Source: Candidatus Zhuqueibacterota bacterium
GTDB taxonomy: Bacteria > BS750m-G25
Assembly (NCBI GenBank): GCA_016783505.1
Contig: JADHWK010000015.1
Location: 1 to 47,560 of the forward strand
Direction: 5' to 3'
Length of the DNA stretch: 47,560 nt
In this document: positions 10,213 through 20,191 of the stretch, in pieces
Layout of the letters: every line of letters begins with the position of its first letter
Position numbering within the stretch: position 1 is the stretch's first letter
The notes under the pieces: generated by a model
Seen by the model: the letters and a program-made list of their open reading frames with translations, nothing else
The model's database searches: none
What the model was told of the DNA's origin: nothing
Position numbers and translations under genes: made by a program

Positions 10213-12504
10213 ATGAAACAAAAAGGGATTTTATCCAGTATCTTGCCAATCGTCTTTGCCCTTTCCATACACGCAGCGGTAAATGATTGGCAGACGTTTA
10301 CCTCGATGAACGATATTCGGGACGTTTCCATTAACGGAAATATGTTATGGTGTGCCACCAACGGGGGCGCCTTAAAATTCAACCTGATTGATAAGACTTT
10401 TGAAAAGATCACCAATACCGAGGGACTTACATCCAATAGTGTAAATGTTATCGCTGTTGACCCTGACGGGCGCGTGTGGATTGGTCTGTCAGACGGTATA
10501 ATTAATATTTTCGATAATGCTGAAAATTTCTGGCATACGGTCAAAGTATTGGAGCAATTTCCCATATATGATTTCTATTTCTCTGGTGATTGTATTTACG
10601 TTGCTATCTCTAAAGGTGTCGGTGTGTTGAAATATTCTGAAGAATCTCGCTCCTATGAGGTTAAGGATACTTATTTAAAATTGGGAGAATTTCAAAGTGA
10701 AATCCCAGCTAATTGTATTTTAATCGATTCTGATCACATTTTGGTGGGAACTGACCAGGGAGTTGCTAAAGGTGTTCTGGATCCTTTGATTAACCTCCAG
10801 GAGCCCGGCAATTGGTCAAATTACCACATTTACAACGACCCAGAAAAAGATAAAATAAGTGATATTATTCTCTGGGATACTACTTTATTTGCCGCTACCG
10901 AAAAAGATGGTATTGCCAAACTCCAGGATAATAACTGGGTAATAAGTAACCCTTGGTTAGATGTCACGGAATTGGCTGTTGATGATGGTACGTTATATGC
11001 AGCAACAGCAGACGGAGTTTATAGGCTCACCGATCTTTCCACCGACAGTTGGACCCTGTTGGACAGCGCCCTTTCTAAGGTGTCCTCTCTCGATTTTGAT
11101 GGGGAAGGCAGCCCTTGGGTTGGCCGGATGAACCAGAAATACAAAGTAGGGGGTATTTCGGGTTGGCTTAATCAACATTGGGAAAATTTTTTCCCCAATA
11201 CCCCAGCCGGGAACAGCATTACTGATTTAGCTATTGATCTGGATGGGAATTTGTGGTGCGCAGGTGCTGATGTAATCGGTAAGGGATTCTATGGATTTGA
11301 CGGAGAGCACTGGACTAATTATTCCTTACAGAATCAAACCAGTAGATATTTCGAAGAAATATCCATCGCTGTTATGGTTGATCGTAACAATGCAAAATGG
11401 TTCGGCAGTTGGGGGCGGGGAATCTGCGTCCTGGATAGTGATAGGAGCTTGAGCTTTTTTGACTCACACGATTCTACCGGAGCCCATCTGCAGGGTGATA
11501 AGGAAGAAGATGGTACCAATCCTGATTATGTAATTGTCACTGATGTGGTAGAAGACAAAGATGGGAACATATGGATTCTCAATCGTCTGGCCATTAACGA
11601 TTCGGTGATGGTGGTGATGACTCCTGATTCCAATTGGTTTTATTTCAGGGACTCCGCTCTAAATCCCGGTTCTCCTTTTTCCCATAGCTGTGTCACCCAG
11701 CTTGTCATTGACCAATACGGCCGAAAATGGATGGGAACGTATTACGTTGTAGACGGCGGTGCTGGTGTCAGGGTCTTTGATGACAACGGAACGCTCGCTG
11801 ACAAAGGGGACGATATTTGGTTTGGGTTCAAAACCGGGGATGGGTTGGAAACAGATGATGTAAAATCCTTAGCCATTGATCTCGATGGAACCATTTGGGT
11901 GGGTACAACTGAGGGGGTAAATTATATCCATAATAGTCCAAATTGGGAAGATATTCAAGTAGTTGGTTCGCTCTGGGGTCTGATTGACAATGTAATCAAC
12001 TGCATTGCCGTTGATGCCCGCAATAATAAATGGTTCGGGACAAACAACGGGATCAGTGTGCTGAAATCGGGAGAGGTATATCCCAGCATTTATTATACTA
12101 AAGATAACAGCCCCCTTGTAGGTAACCATATCAATGCTATTACTTTTAACCACCGCACCGGGGGGGCCTGGATAGGCACTGACCAGGGGCTTTCCAGATT
12201 GCAGACTCCCTACCTTGAGCTGGGCCGAACCCTGGGTAAGGTGGATGTATTTCCCAATCCTTTCATTGTAGACGGTAGCCGGCGGATGAAGTTCGAAACA
12301 ACTACTTTGGCTGAGGGGTTCTCGGTCAAGATCCTGACACCCAACGGACTATTGGTGAGAAGACTTAACCAGGATGAAGCACTGGCGGGATGGGATGGAA
12401 AGAACGAAAGGGAGCAACTGGTGGCCAGTGGAATCTATCTGGTTTTGGTTTATACCGCAGATGGTCAATCTGCGGTGGGTAAAATAGCCGTCATTAGACC
12501 GTAG
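10213..12504 (+). CDS. porZ: PorZ-like beta-propeller protein with C-terminal T9SS/FlgD domain
   Basis: Signal peptide, repeated IAVD..G..W.GT..G propeller blades, VFPNPF...WDGKN...LVASGIY...GKIAVIR terminus. Confidence 0.7.
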   Translation: MKQKGILSSILPIVFALSIHAAVNDWQTFTSMNDIRDVSINGNMLWCATNGGALKFNLIDKTFEKITNTEGLTSNSVNVIAVDPDGRVWIGLSDGIINIFDNAENFWHTVKVLEQFPIYDFYFSGDCIYVAISKGVGVLKYSEESRSYEVKDTYLKLGEFQSEIPANCILIDSDHILVGTDQGVAKGVLDPLINLQEPGNWSNYHIYNDPEKDKISDIILWDTTLFAATEKDGIAKLQDNNWVISNPWLDVTELAVDDGTLYAATADGVYRLTDLSTDSWTLLDSALSKVSSLDFDGEGSPWVGRMNQKYKVGGISGWLNQHWENFFPNTPAGNSITDLAIDLDGNLWCAGADVIGKGFYGFDGEHWTNYSLQNQTSRYFEEISIAVMVDRNNAKWFGSWGRGICVLDSDRSLSFFDSHDSTGAHLQGDKEEDGTNPDYVIVTDVVEDKDGNIWILNRLAINDSVMVVMTPDSNWFYFRDSALNPGSPFSHSCVTQLVIDQYGRKWMGTYYVVDGGAGVRVFDDNGTLADKGDDIWFGFKTGDGLETDDVKSLAIDLDGTIWVGTTEGVNYIHNSPNWEDIQVVGSLWGLIDNVINCIAVDARNNKWFGTNNGISVLKSGEVYPSIYYTKDNSPLVGNHINAITFNHRTGGAWIGTDQGLSRLQTPYLELGRTLGKVDVFPNPFIVDGSRRMKFETTTLAEGFSVKILTPNGLLVRRLNQDEALAGWDGKNEREQLVASGIYLVLVYTADGQSAVGKIAVIRP

Positions 12505-12588
12505 CTTTAATCAAAAAAGGTTCTTCCACCACGTTGGAACGATCTTGGGATTAGATAGATTTAATGTGAAGAATAACTAATTAATCAT

Positions 12589-12610
12589 ATCGCTCAGGTG
12601 CCCGACTGAT
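12589..12610 (-). repeat. Dispersed 22-nt imperfect palindrome, family A (consensus ATCAGTCGGGCGCCTGACCGAT)
   Basis: atcgctcaggtgcccgactgat, 2 mismatches to the 39292..39313 copy. Confidence 0.8.
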
Positions 12611-12692
12611 AAGGATGCAACTTTGATGCAAACACAACAGGTCCTATTTCGTTTTGTTCAGACCCGCCGAGGACGGGATGACTCCGGAGTTG

Positions 12693-12708
12693 CCCCGAAA
12701 CTTCGGGG
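12693..12708. repeat. REP-like hairpin, family B (CCCGAAwCTTCGGG)
   Basis: ccccgaaacttcgggg; related copies at 14442, 17008, 36199, 45666. Confidence 0.75.
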
Positions 12709-12732
12709 TGATCCTGTTTCATTAGGGAAAAA

Positions 12733-13146
12733 ATGTTATTGTCGCTGGATCATATTGGAATAGCCGTCAGTAACCTTAGAGAGGCGGAGGGATGTTATAC
12801 CCGGATCTTTGGGGTTCCAGCCAGTGGTCATAAGCGTGTGGATGGCCAGGGCGTCAGAATTGCCCTCTTTGAACTGGGTGGGATTAAAATTGAGCTTTTA
12901 GAGGCTACTGATGAGACATCCCCCATTGCCAAATTTATTTCCAAGCGTGGTGAGGGAATTCACCACATTGCCTGGGGTGTAAAGGATTTAGAAACTGTCT
13001 TAGAAAGACTCAAGAAAACGGGTGTTGTAGTTATTGATGAAAAACCGAAAGTGGGAGCTTCTGGGAGGAGAATTGCTTTTCTATCCCCGAAGTCTGCCCA
13101 TGGCATGCTTATTGAACTTGTGGAGATAGGAGGAACCAATGGTTAA
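12733..13146 (+). CDS. mce: Methylmalonyl-CoA epimerase
   Basis: DHIGIAV, KIELLEA...SPIAKFI.KRGEGIHHIA, FLSPKSAHGMLIELVE. Confidence 0.9.
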   Translation: MLLSLDHIGIAVSNLREAEGCYTRIFGVPASGHKRVDGQGVRIALFELGGIKIELLEATDETSPIAKFISKRGEGIHHIAWGVKDLETVLERLKKTGVVVIDEKPKVGASGRRIAFLSPKSAHGMLIELVEIGGTNG

Positions 13147-14323
13147 GAAGAGTTGGGGATTTGCTACCCTCGCTGTTCACGGGTCTGGTGGTGGCGATCC
13201 CCAGACAGGGGCCCTTTCCCCACCCATTTACCAGTCGTCTACGTTTGCCTTTAAAAACGCTGATCACGGGGCCAGACTGTTTGCCGGGGAAGAAAAGGGC
13301 TTCATCTATACCCGCATATCCAACCCCACCCAGGAGGCGCTTGAGAGGGAGATGGCCTTTTTAGAAGGGGGGGAAGCCGCCCTAGCCTTTGCTTCGGGTA
13401 TGGCAGCCACCACCGGGGTAGTGCTGACCTTAGCTAGGTCCGGCGAGAATATAATTTCTATAAGGATGGTGTATGGTGGCACCCATGCCTTATTTATGGA
13501 TGTCTTATCCCGACTTGACATCGAGGTCAGGGAAGTAGACGGGGAAGAGTTGGTGGAATTTGAGGAAAAAATTGACGAAAAGACCCGAATGATCTTTATT
13601 GAAACCCCGGCCAATCCCACCCTGAAGATCGTGGACATCCGGGGATGTGCCAGGATAGCAAAAAAAGCTGGAATCCCCCTAGTGGTTGATAATACTTTCG
13701 CCACCCCCTATTATCAACGTCCCCTCAAATTGGGGACTGACATTGTTATCCACTCGGCCACAAAATATATTGGCGGGCACGGGGATACGGTGGCCGGTCT
13801 GGCGGTGGGCAGTCGGGAATTCATCGACCGCATGCGAAAGGAGACCCTCATTGATACCGGGGGAATCATCAGCCCCTTTAACGCCTGGCTCCTCTTAAGG
13901 GGACTAAAGACGCTGCCGGTGCGCATGGACAGGCATTCATCCAACGCCAAGCGGGTGGCTCAGTTTTTAAACTTTCACCCCAAGGTGAAGCAAGTATGGT
14001 ATCCTGGATTACGGACTCACCCACAGCATGAACTGGCCAAATCCCAGATGTCGGGATTCGGTGGCATGGTGGCCTTTGAGATAAACGGTGGACGCCGGGA
14101 GGGAAAAATTCTGATGGATTCAGTAAAGCTGTGCACGTTGGCCGTTTCCTTGGGGGACTGCGATACCTTGATCTCCCATCCACCGTCCATGACCCACTCG
14201 ACATATTCTGCCGAAGCACTGAAAGAGGCAGGCATACCCGAGGGTCTGATCAGGATATCAGTAGGAATTGAGGATGTCAAGGACATTATAGATGATCTAA
14301 AATATGCCTTGGCTAAAATTTAA
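13139..14323 (+). CDS. megL: Methionine gamma-lyase / trans-sulfuration PLP enzyme
   Basis: YTRISNPT, ETPANP, DNTF, HSATKYIGGHGD (PLP lysine), AVSLG, HPPSMTHS. Confidence 0.8.
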   Translation: MVKKSWGFATLAVHGSGGGDPQTGALSPPIYQSSTFAFKNADHGARLFAGEEKGFIYTRISNPTQEALEREMAFLEGGEAALAFASGMAATTGVVLTLARSGENIISIRMVYGGTHALFMDVLSRLDIEVREVDGEELVEFEEKIDEKTRMIFIETPANPTLKIVDIRGCARIAKKAGIPLVVDNTFATPYYQRPLKLGTDIVIHSATKYIGGHGDTVAGLAVGSREFIDRMRKETLIDTGGIISPFNAWLLLRGLKTLPVRMDRHSSNAKRVAQFLNFHPKVKQVWYPGLRTHPQHELAKSQMSGFGGMVAFEINGGRREGKILMDSVKLCTLAVSLGDCDTLISHPPSMTHSTYSAEALKEAGIPEGLIRISVGIEDVKDIIDDLKYALAKI

Positions 14324-14410
14324 CCCGCCCCCTATCAATTTTGAAATCTATAAGGGTTATTTTAACGTCACGGAATTTCTAAGAATTGATTTCCACACAA
14401 TTAGTTGTTA

Positions 14411-14459
14411 AGGCACCCAACTGACCGAATGTCTCAGAAATTCCCTCGAAGCTTCGGGA
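14411..14459. repeat. Composite repeat: degenerate family A extension plus family B hairpin
   Basis: Reverse complement of 14411..14445 (gggaatttctgagacattcggtcagttgggtgcct) aligns with 45560..45596; tccctcgaagcttcggga at 14442..14459. Confidence 0.6.
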
Positions 14460-14528
14460 TTGATCAGCAGTTGTCCAGAAGAGGCTGAGTTCTAATATTT
14501 TTTCGGTTGTTTCAGTGAAGAGGAAAAC

Positions 14529-14987
14529 ATGGAAATCGTCGAAGTTTTGAAAAAAGCCGACCTTACCCAGGATCTGGCCCTGGAAGACCTAAAAAAAGTA
14601 GCTGCCATTTGCAGTCGCGTTAGTTATCCTAAAGACGGGGTCATTTTCGAAGAGGATAGCGTCGGCCACCAATTATATGTGGTCGAAAAGGGGCGGGTTC
14701 GCATTAAAATACGTCTGGGTGCCGACACCGATCGCCAGGAGGTCATTCACACCCTGCGATCTTATGAGACGTTCGGTGAGCTCTCTTTTATTGACGGCTC
14801 CCCGCGCTCAGCCACTATAGAGGCTGTAGACGATGTCTCCCTCTTGGTGATTGAGGATAAAGGCCTATATCAGATATTAGATAAAAACCCCTCAGTGGGT
14901 TATATTATCATGAAGAACTTGGTGGGTATTGAGGCCGCCAGGCTCCGGAACACCAATATGCTTTTTCGCAGTTCGATCATCTGGTAA
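14529..14987 (+). CDS. Stand-alone cyclic nucleotide-binding domain protein
   Basis: FGELSFIDGSPRSATIEA cNMP-binding motif; too short to carry an HTH. Confidence 0.85.
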   Translation: MEIVEVLKKADLTQDLALEDLKKVAAICSRVSYPKDGVIFEEDSVGHQLYVVEKGRVRIKIRLGADTDRQEVIHTLRSYETFGELSFIDGSPRSATIEAVDDVSLLVIEDKGLYQILDKNPSVGYIIMKNLVGIEAARLRNTNMLFRSSIIW

Positions 14988-14988
14988 A

Positions 14989-16833
14989 ATGATAGAATCA
15001 TTGCAGCAAAAATTGCCCCATTTACCCCCCAAATGCGGGGTTTATCTTTTTAAGGATGCCCGGGGAGCGCCTATATATATCGGCAAGGCCCGGGAACTCA
15101 ACAAAAGGGTTCGCTCGTATTTCCAAAGACCTACGGGTATAGGTAATAAGTTGGGCGCCATGCTGAGGAATATCTCCGATGTTGAGGTCATCATGACCGA
15201 TTCGGAAGTGGAGGCCTTGATCCTGGAAGCCAATCTGGTCAAAGAATACCGACCCCGGTATAATGTAAACCTGAAGGACGATAAGAGTTTCCCCCAAATT
15301 AGGGTGACCCCGGAAAAATTCCCCCAGGTTTTTTTAACCCGGATGATTAGACAGGACGGATCCCGATATTTTGGCCCCTTTACCGATGTGAAGCAGACCA
15401 AGGCAGTGCTACGAAAGTTCAAGGCCATCCTGGGGATCCGGAACTGCCGATTCCGCATTACCGATGAGTCGATCGCCCAGGGTAAACATCAGCTCTGTTT
15501 AGATTATCATATTAATATCTGCGGTGGTCCCTGTCGGGGTAAAGTATCCGAAGCAGAGTACCGGAAAAATGTCAGTCGCCTGATCGATGTGTTGAATGGT
15601 AAAACGGCGGATTTACTCGATCATCTACACCGACGGATGGAAGAGCTTTCGTCCAGGAAAAAATTTGAAGAAGCAGCTTTAGTTCGGAATCAAATTCGTG
15701 TGGTGGAGGGGTTTGCTTTGGGGCAGAAGGTTGTTTCGGGGGAGAAAGTGGATCGCGATCTAATTGCCATTTGTCATAATGGCCGGGATGCCTGCGGCCT
15801 CGTATTTAAAATTCGTAACGGCCGCTTGGTGGGTCGGGCGCATTTCTATTTAGGTCAAGTGGTTGCTAAGTCGGAGGGGGAAATTCTCGAATCTTTTATT
15901 AAGCAGTACTATCATCGGGTGGATTTCATCCCCAAGGAAATTCTCTTGGGGGAATGGGTTGAAGATAGTGAGCCCATCCAAAGGTGGCTGATGGGAAAAC
16001 GTAAAGGTCGGGTTATCCTGACGGTACCCCGACGGGGACCCAAAGCAGCCCTGATGAGAATGGCCCAGAGAAATGCGGAACTCCTGCTGGAAGAACTGAA
16101 GCTTCAGCGGTTAAAGACCGCCTTCGTTCCCCCCATTCTGGAGGAATTGAAAAAGGATTTAAGACTTCATAAACTACCGCGTCACATCGAGGCCTTTGAC
16201 ATCTCCAACATTGGGGGGAAAGATGCAGTAGCTTCCATGGTCAGTTACCGGGACGGGCTGGCTCAGAAAAGCGAATATCGCCGGTTTAAAATCAGAACCC
16301 TCTCCAGACAAGATGATCCGACCATGATGGCGGAAGTCATCGGCAGACGATACAAACGTATTCTTGAAGAGGGAAAAGATCTTCCCGACCTGATCCTGGT
16401 GGATGGGGGGAGGGGACAACTTTCGTCGGCCCTCTTTGCCTTAGAACAGCTCGGCATAGAAAACCAGTTTATCATCGGCCTGGCCAAGAAACTGGAAGAG
16501 ATTTATCTACCGGGGCTGGCCGAACCCCATGGGATCCCCAAATCCTCGGCCAGTTTAAGACTTTTGCGACGCATCCGGGATGAATCCCACCGCTTCGCCC
16601 TGGATTATCATCGTAAATTGAGAAAAAAAAGAACCTTGGTCTCTGAGTTAGATCAAATCGAGGGGATTAGCGAAAAAAGAAAAAAAACCCTGCTGAAATA
16701 TTTTGGGTCAGTAGAGAAGGTCGCCAGGGCACCAGTAGGAGATCTATTACAGGTTGAGGGGATTGGTTCCCAATTAGTGAGAAAAATTTACGGACATTTC
16801 CACCCTCAAGAAGGTTTTAAAGAAGTGTTTTAA
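14989..16833 (+). CDS. uvrC: Excinuclease ABC subunit C
   Basis: GVY...YIGKA GIY-YIG, IEAFDISN, LILVDGG.GQL, IRDESHRFA, C-terminal HhH. ATG 14989 directly follows the upstream stop. Confidence 0.97.
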   Translation: MIESLQQKLPHLPPKCGVYLFKDARGAPIYIGKARELNKRVRSYFQRPTGIGNKLGAMLRNISDVEVIMTDSEVEALILEANLVKEYRPRYNVNLKDDKSFPQIRVTPEKFPQVFLTRMIRQDGSRYFGPFTDVKQTKAVLRKFKAILGIRNCRFRITDESIAQGKHQLCLDYHINICGGPCRGKVSEAEYRKNVSRLIDVLNGKTADLLDHLHRRMEELSSRKKFEEAALVRNQIRVVEGFALGQKVVSGEKVDRDLIAICHNGRDACGLVFKIRNGRLVGRAHFYLGQVVAKSEGEILESFIKQYYHRVDFIPKEILLGEWVEDSEPIQRWLMGKRKGRVILTVPRRGPKAALMRMAQRNAELLLEELKLQRLKTAFVPPILEELKKDLRLHKLPRHIEAFDISNIGGKDAVASMVSYRDGLAQKSEYRRFKIRTLSRQDDPTMMAEVIGRRYKRILEEGKDLPDLILVDGGRGQLSSALFALEQLGIENQFIIGLAKKLEEIYLPGLAEPHGIPKSSASLRLLRRIRDESHRFALDYHRKLRKKRTLVSELDQIEGISEKRKKTLLKYFGSVEKVARAPVGDLLQVEGIGSQLVRKIYGHFHPQEGFKEVF

Positions 16834-16971
16834 AATCTGTTATAAATGGATGGTTTATTGTAGAAATAATAGGGAATTTAACCACCTTTATCAAGTAGTA
16901 TTTGATAATCAGAGAACATATACTCGACGGATCTAGGAAACAACCGGATACAGATTTTTAACATTACCTGT

Positions 16972-17000
16972 AATGCTTCAAGGTGCAAACTTGAAGCAAC
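16972..17000 (-). repeat. REP-like palindrome, family C
   Basis: Reverse complement gttgcttcaagtttgcaccttgaagcatt matches 31043..31071 at 28/29. Confidence 0.8.
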
Positions 17001-17086
17001 AGTATTATTCCGAAAAATTCGGGACCGATTAACTCCAATGGATTAAACTGAAAAAATGGGGGACACCCAGTTAGTTTAAAAAGAGC

Positions 17087-17115
17087 TTGACAAAGGGGGA
17101 AATTTTTTTTATATT
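17087..17115 (+). promoter_or_regulatory. Sigma70-type promoter of the padR operon
   Basis: TTGACA(17087)-N17-TATATT(17110). Confidence 0.7.
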
Positions 17116-17116
17116 T

Positions 17117-17135
17117 GTTATCGAAAGCCGATAAC
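17117..17135. promoter_or_regulatory. Putative PadR operator
   Basis: Inverted repeat GTTATCG-N5-CGATAAC over the expected +1, followed by further CGATAA half-sites. Confidence 0.65.
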
Positions 17136-17159
17136 GATAACCGATAATAAGAAATAGAT

Positions 17160-17471
17160 ATGATTAAAGATTTCTTTCTTGGATTTATCAGAATTCACAT
17201 CCTTTTTCATGCTTCTCAGGCCCCCGTTTATGGTGCCGAGCTGACTAGAGAGTTGGCCCGGCACGGTTACAATATAAGCCCGGGTACCCTCTATCCTGTT
17301 CTTCACTCTCTCGAAGAACAGGGCTTATTACGCACTTATGGGGAGGTAGTTGAGGGGAAGGTACGAAAATATTATGCGATTACCAGAAGGGGTCGGGAGG
17401 CCTTAACTGAGGCCCGAAAGAAGATCAAGGAATTGGTGGATGAAGTAATGGTAAATGAGAACGACAAATAA
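17160..17471 (+). CDS. PadR family transcriptional regulator
   Basis: SPGTLYPVLHSLEEQGLL...RKYYAIT..G winged helix. Confidence 0.92.
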   Translation: MIKDFFLGFIRIHILFHASQAPVYGAELTRELARHGYNISPGTLYPVLHSLEEQGLLRTYGEVVEGKVRKYYAITRRGREALTEARKKIKELVDEVMVNENDK

Positions 17472-17488
17472 GAGAAAGAAGGAGCTTA

Positions 17489-18880
17489 ATGAACATAGAT
17501 TTATTTCGTATCTCCTGGTTAAAGGCATTGTACAGAAGCCGGTGGTTTCCGCTTCTGCCGCAGATATTTACATTCATCTGTTTCATATTTTTAGTATACG
17601 GCGGATTGGGTGTAACTACAAATGATATGAATTTCGCCAAGACCTTACGAAACACAAATCTATCCAACCTGATCGTCTGGTCTTACTGGTGGCCGGTGAT
17701 TATCATTGTCGCTGTCCTTGCCGGGAGACACTGGTGCACAATATGTCCAATGGAGTTGGTCACAAGCCTTATGGGAAAAGTGGGGTTAAAACGCAAACCG
17801 GGACGTTTCTTAAAATCCGGTTGGGTTATGACACTGTTTTTCGGCACAATCTTGCTTCTCGGAATCCATACATTCGCAATACATCGCATTCCAGAACGGA
17901 TGGCTATCTACATGTTAACTTTGTTCGGTATTTCTATCTTCGCCGGATTGATCTGGGAGAAAAGGACCTTTTGCACCCATATCTGTCCAGTAGGGCATCT
18001 ACTGGGACTCTATTCACTTTTATCTTTTATTGAATGGCGGGTAAAGAGTCAAAAAACCTGTGTTGAATGTAAAACCAAGGATTGTGTCGCCAAGGGGCGA
18101 CACTATAATCTCACGGCAAGGTCCTGCACATCAAATCTTTACCCCGCCAAAATTAAGGATAATAGGAAATGCATTCTATGTGCACAATGTCTCACATTAT
18201 GCCCGAAGGATAACCTTACTCTTCGGCTGCGAAGACCGCTCTCAGATTTCTTCTCAGATTTGAAACTCTCAACTGCCGAGATTGGCTTCATTGTGATAAT
18301 CAGTGGATTTGTGGTTTACGAAATACTTTCTGAGGGGGATGTCAACAAAGCATTGCTTCTCGCTTTTCCTGTCACTATAACCAATTTGCTTGGAATTACT
18401 GGAATCTGGACTGGAACCATAAATGCTATCATTCTCTTTATAATATTTCCCTTCCTGTTCCTTGTCATTTTCAGCAGTCTACGAAAGACAATCAGCGGTG
18501 AAAAGTTCAAGGACTCTATGACAGCAATCGCTTTGGCTGTGCTGCCGGTGATGGGTGGTATGCACCTTTTAAAAGCACTACTTAAAACCATCTCTCGCAT
18601 TCCCTATTGGACTTACGCCTTTAACGACACCCAGGGAATCGAGACAGCCGAAGCGCTTATTGATGGCACACTTCACCTTGATGAAGCGATTCCGCAAACC
18701 ATCAATCCGTTTTTGACCGGAATAGCTGTATTACTACCCATTGTAGGATTTGGTTTATCCGCATGGGTTATTACGGGTCGTAAAAAGGAATCCCTTTCTA
18801 TGAGAGCGATTACCATGGCGGCTGCTCTTTTTTATTCCGGATTATTTGAAGTGAGCATAATTGTTTGGTGGTTGATATGA
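17489..18880 (+). CDS. Polytopic membrane 4Fe-4S binding protein (NapH/MauN/NosR-like)
   Basis: GRHWCTICP, RTFCTHICP, CVECKTKDC, CILCAQCLTLCP; many TM segments. Confidence 0.8.
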   Translation: MNIDLFRISWLKALYRSRWFPLLPQIFTFICFIFLVYGGLGVTTNDMNFAKTLRNTNLSNLIVWSYWWPVIIIVAVLAGRHWCTICPMELVTSLMGKVGLKRKPGRFLKSGWVMTLFFGTILLLGIHTFAIHRIPERMAIYMLTLFGISIFAGLIWEKRTFCTHICPVGHLLGLYSLLSFIEWRVKSQKTCVECKTKDCVAKGRHYNLTARSCTSNLYPAKIKDNRKCILCAQCLTLCPKDNLTLRLRRPLSDFFSDLKLSTAEIGFIVIISGFVVYEILSEGDVNKALLLAFPVTITNLLGITGIWTGTINAIILFIIFPFLFLVIFSSLRKTISGEKFKDSMTAIALAVLPVMGGMHLLKALLKTISRIPYWTYAFNDTQGIETAEALIDGTLHLDEAIPQTINPFLTGIAVLLPIVGFGLSAWVITGRKKESLSMRAITMAAALFYSGLFEVSIIVWWLI

Positions 18881-20079
18881 ATTGTCCTTCCATCCCAGAC
18901 GGAACCGAGAACACAGCCGTAAAGGGAATAACGAAGAATGTGCTGGCCTTGGGCGTGGTGAGTTTGCTGACGGACGTAAGTTCGGAGATGTTTTATCCGC
19001 TTTTACCTATTTTTCTGACCACCATGCTCGGTGCCAGTGTTGGGTTTGTGGGGGTAGTGGAGGGGATAGCCGAAAGCACGTCGAGTCTTCTGAAACTATT
19101 CTCGGGCTGGTTCTCGGATCGCATGGGCAAACGCAAGCTTTTGGTGTTTGGCGGGTATACGTTGTCCTCCCTGACCCGGCCGGTGATCGCCGTGGCAGCG
19201 GCGGGATGGCACGTGCTGTTGGCCCGCTTTGTAGACCGAGTGGGCAAGGGGGTAAGAACCTCCCCCAGGGATGCCCTGATCGCCGATTCCACCCCCAAAG
19301 GATACCTGGGCAAGTCGTTCGGTTTTCACCGGGCTATGGATCACACCGGGGCGGTGATCGGACCCCTGCTGGCCTTCCTCATCCTCAAGTTATCGGTTGA
19401 AAATTACCGCCTGGTCTTCTGGCTGGCGGCGATTCCAGCCGTTATGAGTGTATTCACACTGATCCTTTTCGTGTCTGAACGTTCCCCCCGCCCCGGGAAT
19501 GTGGGTAAAGCGACACTTACCTTGAAACCCTTCAGCCGCACCTTCAAGGCCTTTTTGCTGGTGGTGGCTCTTTTCACCCTGGGAAATTCGAGCGATGCTT
19601 TTCTGATCTTGCGGGCACGCAGCCTGGGGGTACCGGTGGGACTGATTCCCATCCTATGGGTAATGCTCCATGTGGTGAAGACGGCCAGCTCGGTTCCCGG
19701 GGGAAGCTGGTCGGATAGGGTAGGGAGGAAGAGGGTTATCGTCACCGGCTGGGCGGTCTATGCCCTCATTTATTTGGGTCTTGCCATTGCCTCCAAGGCA
19801 ATCCATGTCTGGATATTATTTGCCTTATATGGTATTTATTTTGGGTTGACTGAAGGGACCGAGAAGGCACTGGTAGCCGACCTGGTCCCTGTAGAACTGA
19901 GGGGAACAGCATATGGGGTTTACCATTTTGCCGTGGGCGTAATGGCCCTCCCGGCAAGCGTCCTTATGGGGGTTTTATGGGACTGGATCGGACCGGCCGG
20001 GGCCTTTTGCTTCGGGGCCGGGCTGGCGCTTTTAGCCTCGGCGGCTTTTCTCGCCCTGGTCCGGATAATAAACCACTGA
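18877..20079 (+). CDS. MFS transporter
   Basis: GWFSDRMGKRK and GSWSDRVGRKR motif A copies; ATGA overlap with the upstream gene. Confidence 0.9.
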   Translation: MNCPSIPDGTENTAVKGITKNVLALGVVSLLTDVSSEMFYPLLPIFLTTMLGASVGFVGVVEGIAESTSSLLKLFSGWFSDRMGKRKLLVFGGYTLSSLTRPVIAVAAAGWHVLLARFVDRVGKGVRTSPRDALIADSTPKGYLGKSFGFHRAMDHTGAVIGPLLAFLILKLSVENYRLVFWLAAIPAVMSVFTLILFVSERSPRPGNVGKATLTLKPFSRTFKAFLLVVALFTLGNSSDAFLILRARSLGVPVGLIPILWVMLHVVKTASSVPGGSWSDRVGRKRVIVTGWAVYALIYLGLAIASKAIHVWILFALYGIYFGLTEGTEKALVADLVPVELRGTAYGVYHFAVGVMALPASVLMGVLWDWIGPAGAFCFGAGLALLASAAFLALVRIINH

Positions 20080-20110
20080 GCGGATGTATGATATACCTTT
20101 TTCACAGAAT

Positions 20111-20134
20111 GTAGGTTGGACTTTTCAGTCCGAC
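20111..20134 (+). repeat. GTAG-headed REP-like hairpin
   Basis: GTAG followed by gttggac-ttttca-gtccgac. Confidence 0.45.
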
Positions 20135-20191
20135 TAAATTTTTTATAAATTTTACCCAATATTTGGAATTTAACTCTTAAGCAGTACACGA

